64,000 nt of DNA from Plasmodiophora brassicae (Eukaryota): positions 1,116,001-1,180,000 of the forward strand of contig CP145410.1 of assembly GCA_036867785.1 (NCBI GenBank), in the 5' to 3' direction. Below the pieces are notes generated by a model. The model saw only the letters and a program-made list of their open reading frames with translations. It did no database searches and had not been told where the DNA came from. This document shows, in pieces, positions 62,110-64,000 of the stretch; positions within the stretch are counted from its first letter, which is position 1; every line of letters starts with the position of its first letter. Position numbers and translations under genes: made by a program.

Positions 62110-64000
62110 CGGTGGCCTGCTTGACGCAGGCCGTGGCCGTCGCCGACGCCGTCCTGTCCGGCAGCGACCGCACCCTTGTCGTGGACTGCCTCGTGGAGCT
62201 CGCCGACGCGCACCTGTGTCGCCAGGAGGCGCCCGCCGCCGTCCGATCGCTGAAGCGCGCCGTCGCCGAGATCGACGCCATCCACGGGTGCAACTCCAGG
62301 GACCTGCAGGTCGGTGCCACCTCGGACACGTCTAGCCGGTCGCTAACGCGGCGCGCGCGATGCCACAGATCGCCGACCTGATGACGAGGATGGCCCGGGC
62401 GTTCGTGGCGAACAGCCAGGCAGACCTCGGGGCGCAGGCCTGGCGCCTGGCCCAGGCCCACTACCGTCGCCTGCTGTCGACGAACGACGGCACCGATGCG
62501 ACCGACGAGCGCGTCCGCCTGCTGAACCGCCTCGCCGCCCTGCACGACGAGTTCCGCCCGCCGTCATCGTCGTCGACCTGGGCGACGTCCTGGCAGGTGG
62601 CGACGTCCCGGCACGGGCACCTGCTCGAGACGATCGCGGCGGGGCGGGGCGCGGCGCGCGCCTCCCCCGACCCGATCGACGTGCTCGAACGCGTCGCCGA
62701 GTACGCCCGCCAGGCGTACGGCGGGGCGCACGACGTCGCTGCCGGGGCCGGCATCGACCTCGCCAACGCGATCGGCCGCGCCGGCCGCGAGCTCGAGCGC
62801 CTGCACATGCTGCGCCGCATCGACGACGCGTTCGACGGGCGCGGGTCGCCGCAGCACGTCCGCTGCTGGCTGGAGCAGGGCGCGTCGCTGGAGGCGCAGC
62901 GCCTGTTCCTGGAGATGAAGGCGGTGCTGGAGAAGGCGCTGGCGCGGGTCGAGCGCGACTCGCGGGCGACGCCCGACGTCGACACCGTGTTCGGGCTCGT
63001 GGCCGGGCTGATCCGCGCCGGGCACCGCCTCGGCGAGTTCGACACCGCCGGGCGCGTCGTGGAGCGCGCCGTGCTCGTCTGGCAGCGCCTGTTCGGCGGC
63101 GGGCCGTCGTCGGCGGTCCCCGCCATGCTCCGTCGCCTGGCGGCCCAGTTCGCCGACCTGTCCCGGCACGACATGCAGCGGAGCGTCGTGATCGAGGCCT
63201 GGGAGCTGGCGCGCCTGCAGGCCATCGAGCAGACGCCGCACGCCGCCCGCACCGTCTACCGCGTCCGGGACCGGCAGGCGTTCATGGAATTCGCGCGGGT
63301 CACCGTCGCCTACGCCGACGTCCTCGGGCGGGAGGGGCGCACCGACCTCGCCACCGGCGCCTTGCGCGACGTCATCGGCATCCTCGACGAAGGCGCCGAC
63401 CGCGACGACGTCAGCGCCCTGCTGGTCGACGTGCGCACGTCGTTCGCCCACCAGCTGTACCGGCAGGGCGACGCCGACGGCGAACGCCGGGCGCTGATCG
63501 GCGTCCTGGAACTGCAGAAGCGGGGCGCGGGCCGGCTCGCGTCGGCGACGATGCCGATGACGCTGCTCCGGCTGGCGTCGGCGGAATCGCGTTCGGGCGA
63601 CGGCGACGCGAGCACCGCGTGCCTGACGGCGGCGCTGGCGCTGCTGAACGACGCGCTGCTGGTCGAGCGGTCCGACCCGTTGCGGCAGTTCGTGCGCGCC
63701 GCGCTGCAGTCGCAGTCGCGGGTCGGCGCGGGTCGGCCGCCGCGGCGCGGACGCCGCCTGGACCGCGTCGACCTGTACGGGATCCGGTTCGATGCGGATC
63801 GCGACCCGATGCCGTACGCGACGGCGATGGCACCGGCGCGTACGGCCCACGACCGCAACGGGAACGCGGTCGGCGTCGTCGTCGACGAGGAGGCGGCGGA
63901 AGCGGCGGCGAGCCGCGCGGCCCATCGCCGGCACCTGACGAACCAGCTGCGACGGTACGAGACGCGGCGGCCGCGTGTGCGCCACGACTACATCGCGCTG
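60260..64000 (+). CDS. CLU-domain/TPR-like protein (runs off the window end)
   Basis: LHAHGVPCRALGRV and LAEMVARAVKRIFR resemble the CLU central domain; TPR-like helices follow; intron near 62310-62368, then an open frame to the window end. Start codon uncertain. Confidence 0.6.

Noticed and set aside
60395-63985. Long antisense and alternate-frame ORFs (also within the copia element and the ARM gene)
   Set aside because: Shadow ORFs expected from high GC3; no domain signatures.

Overview
Gene-dense eukaryotic DNA with GC-rich exons and many short (~45-70 nt) GT-AG introns. The style and gene set (secreted GH18 chitinase, CBM18 protein, class C GPCRs, ciliary TMEM107) suggest a phytomyxid protist such as Plasmodiophora; this is inference only. 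About 25 protein-coding genes are supportable. Housekeeping genes: SNF2 helicase, MRPL32, MTR4, PI31, PCID2, HYPK, TRM7, 5-oxoprolinase, SmF, RPL35 and Maf. There is also a G-protein signalling cluster (GRK-like kinase, two tandem class C GPCRs, an RGS remnant) and two groups of secreted-protein genes. Mobile DNA comprises a young 5.1-kb Ty1/copia element with identical 180-bp LTRs, a copia remnant beside a ~300-bp palindrome, and a 644-bp hAT deletion derivative inserted in a secreted-protein gene. Top observations: (1) the copia element splits gag-protease from integrase-RT-RNaseH with an apparent programmed -1 frameshift signal (G GAU UUC, 6-nt spacer, 10-bp hairpin), and its PBS matches half of tRNA-Lys(CUU); (2) a secreted protein built of 8+1 near-identical 49-aa repeats with a few variable residues; (3) a degenerate kinesin-FYVE fusion whose terminator junction with MTR4 was duplicated and reciprocally decayed. 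Exon boundaries were read by eye and are approximate.
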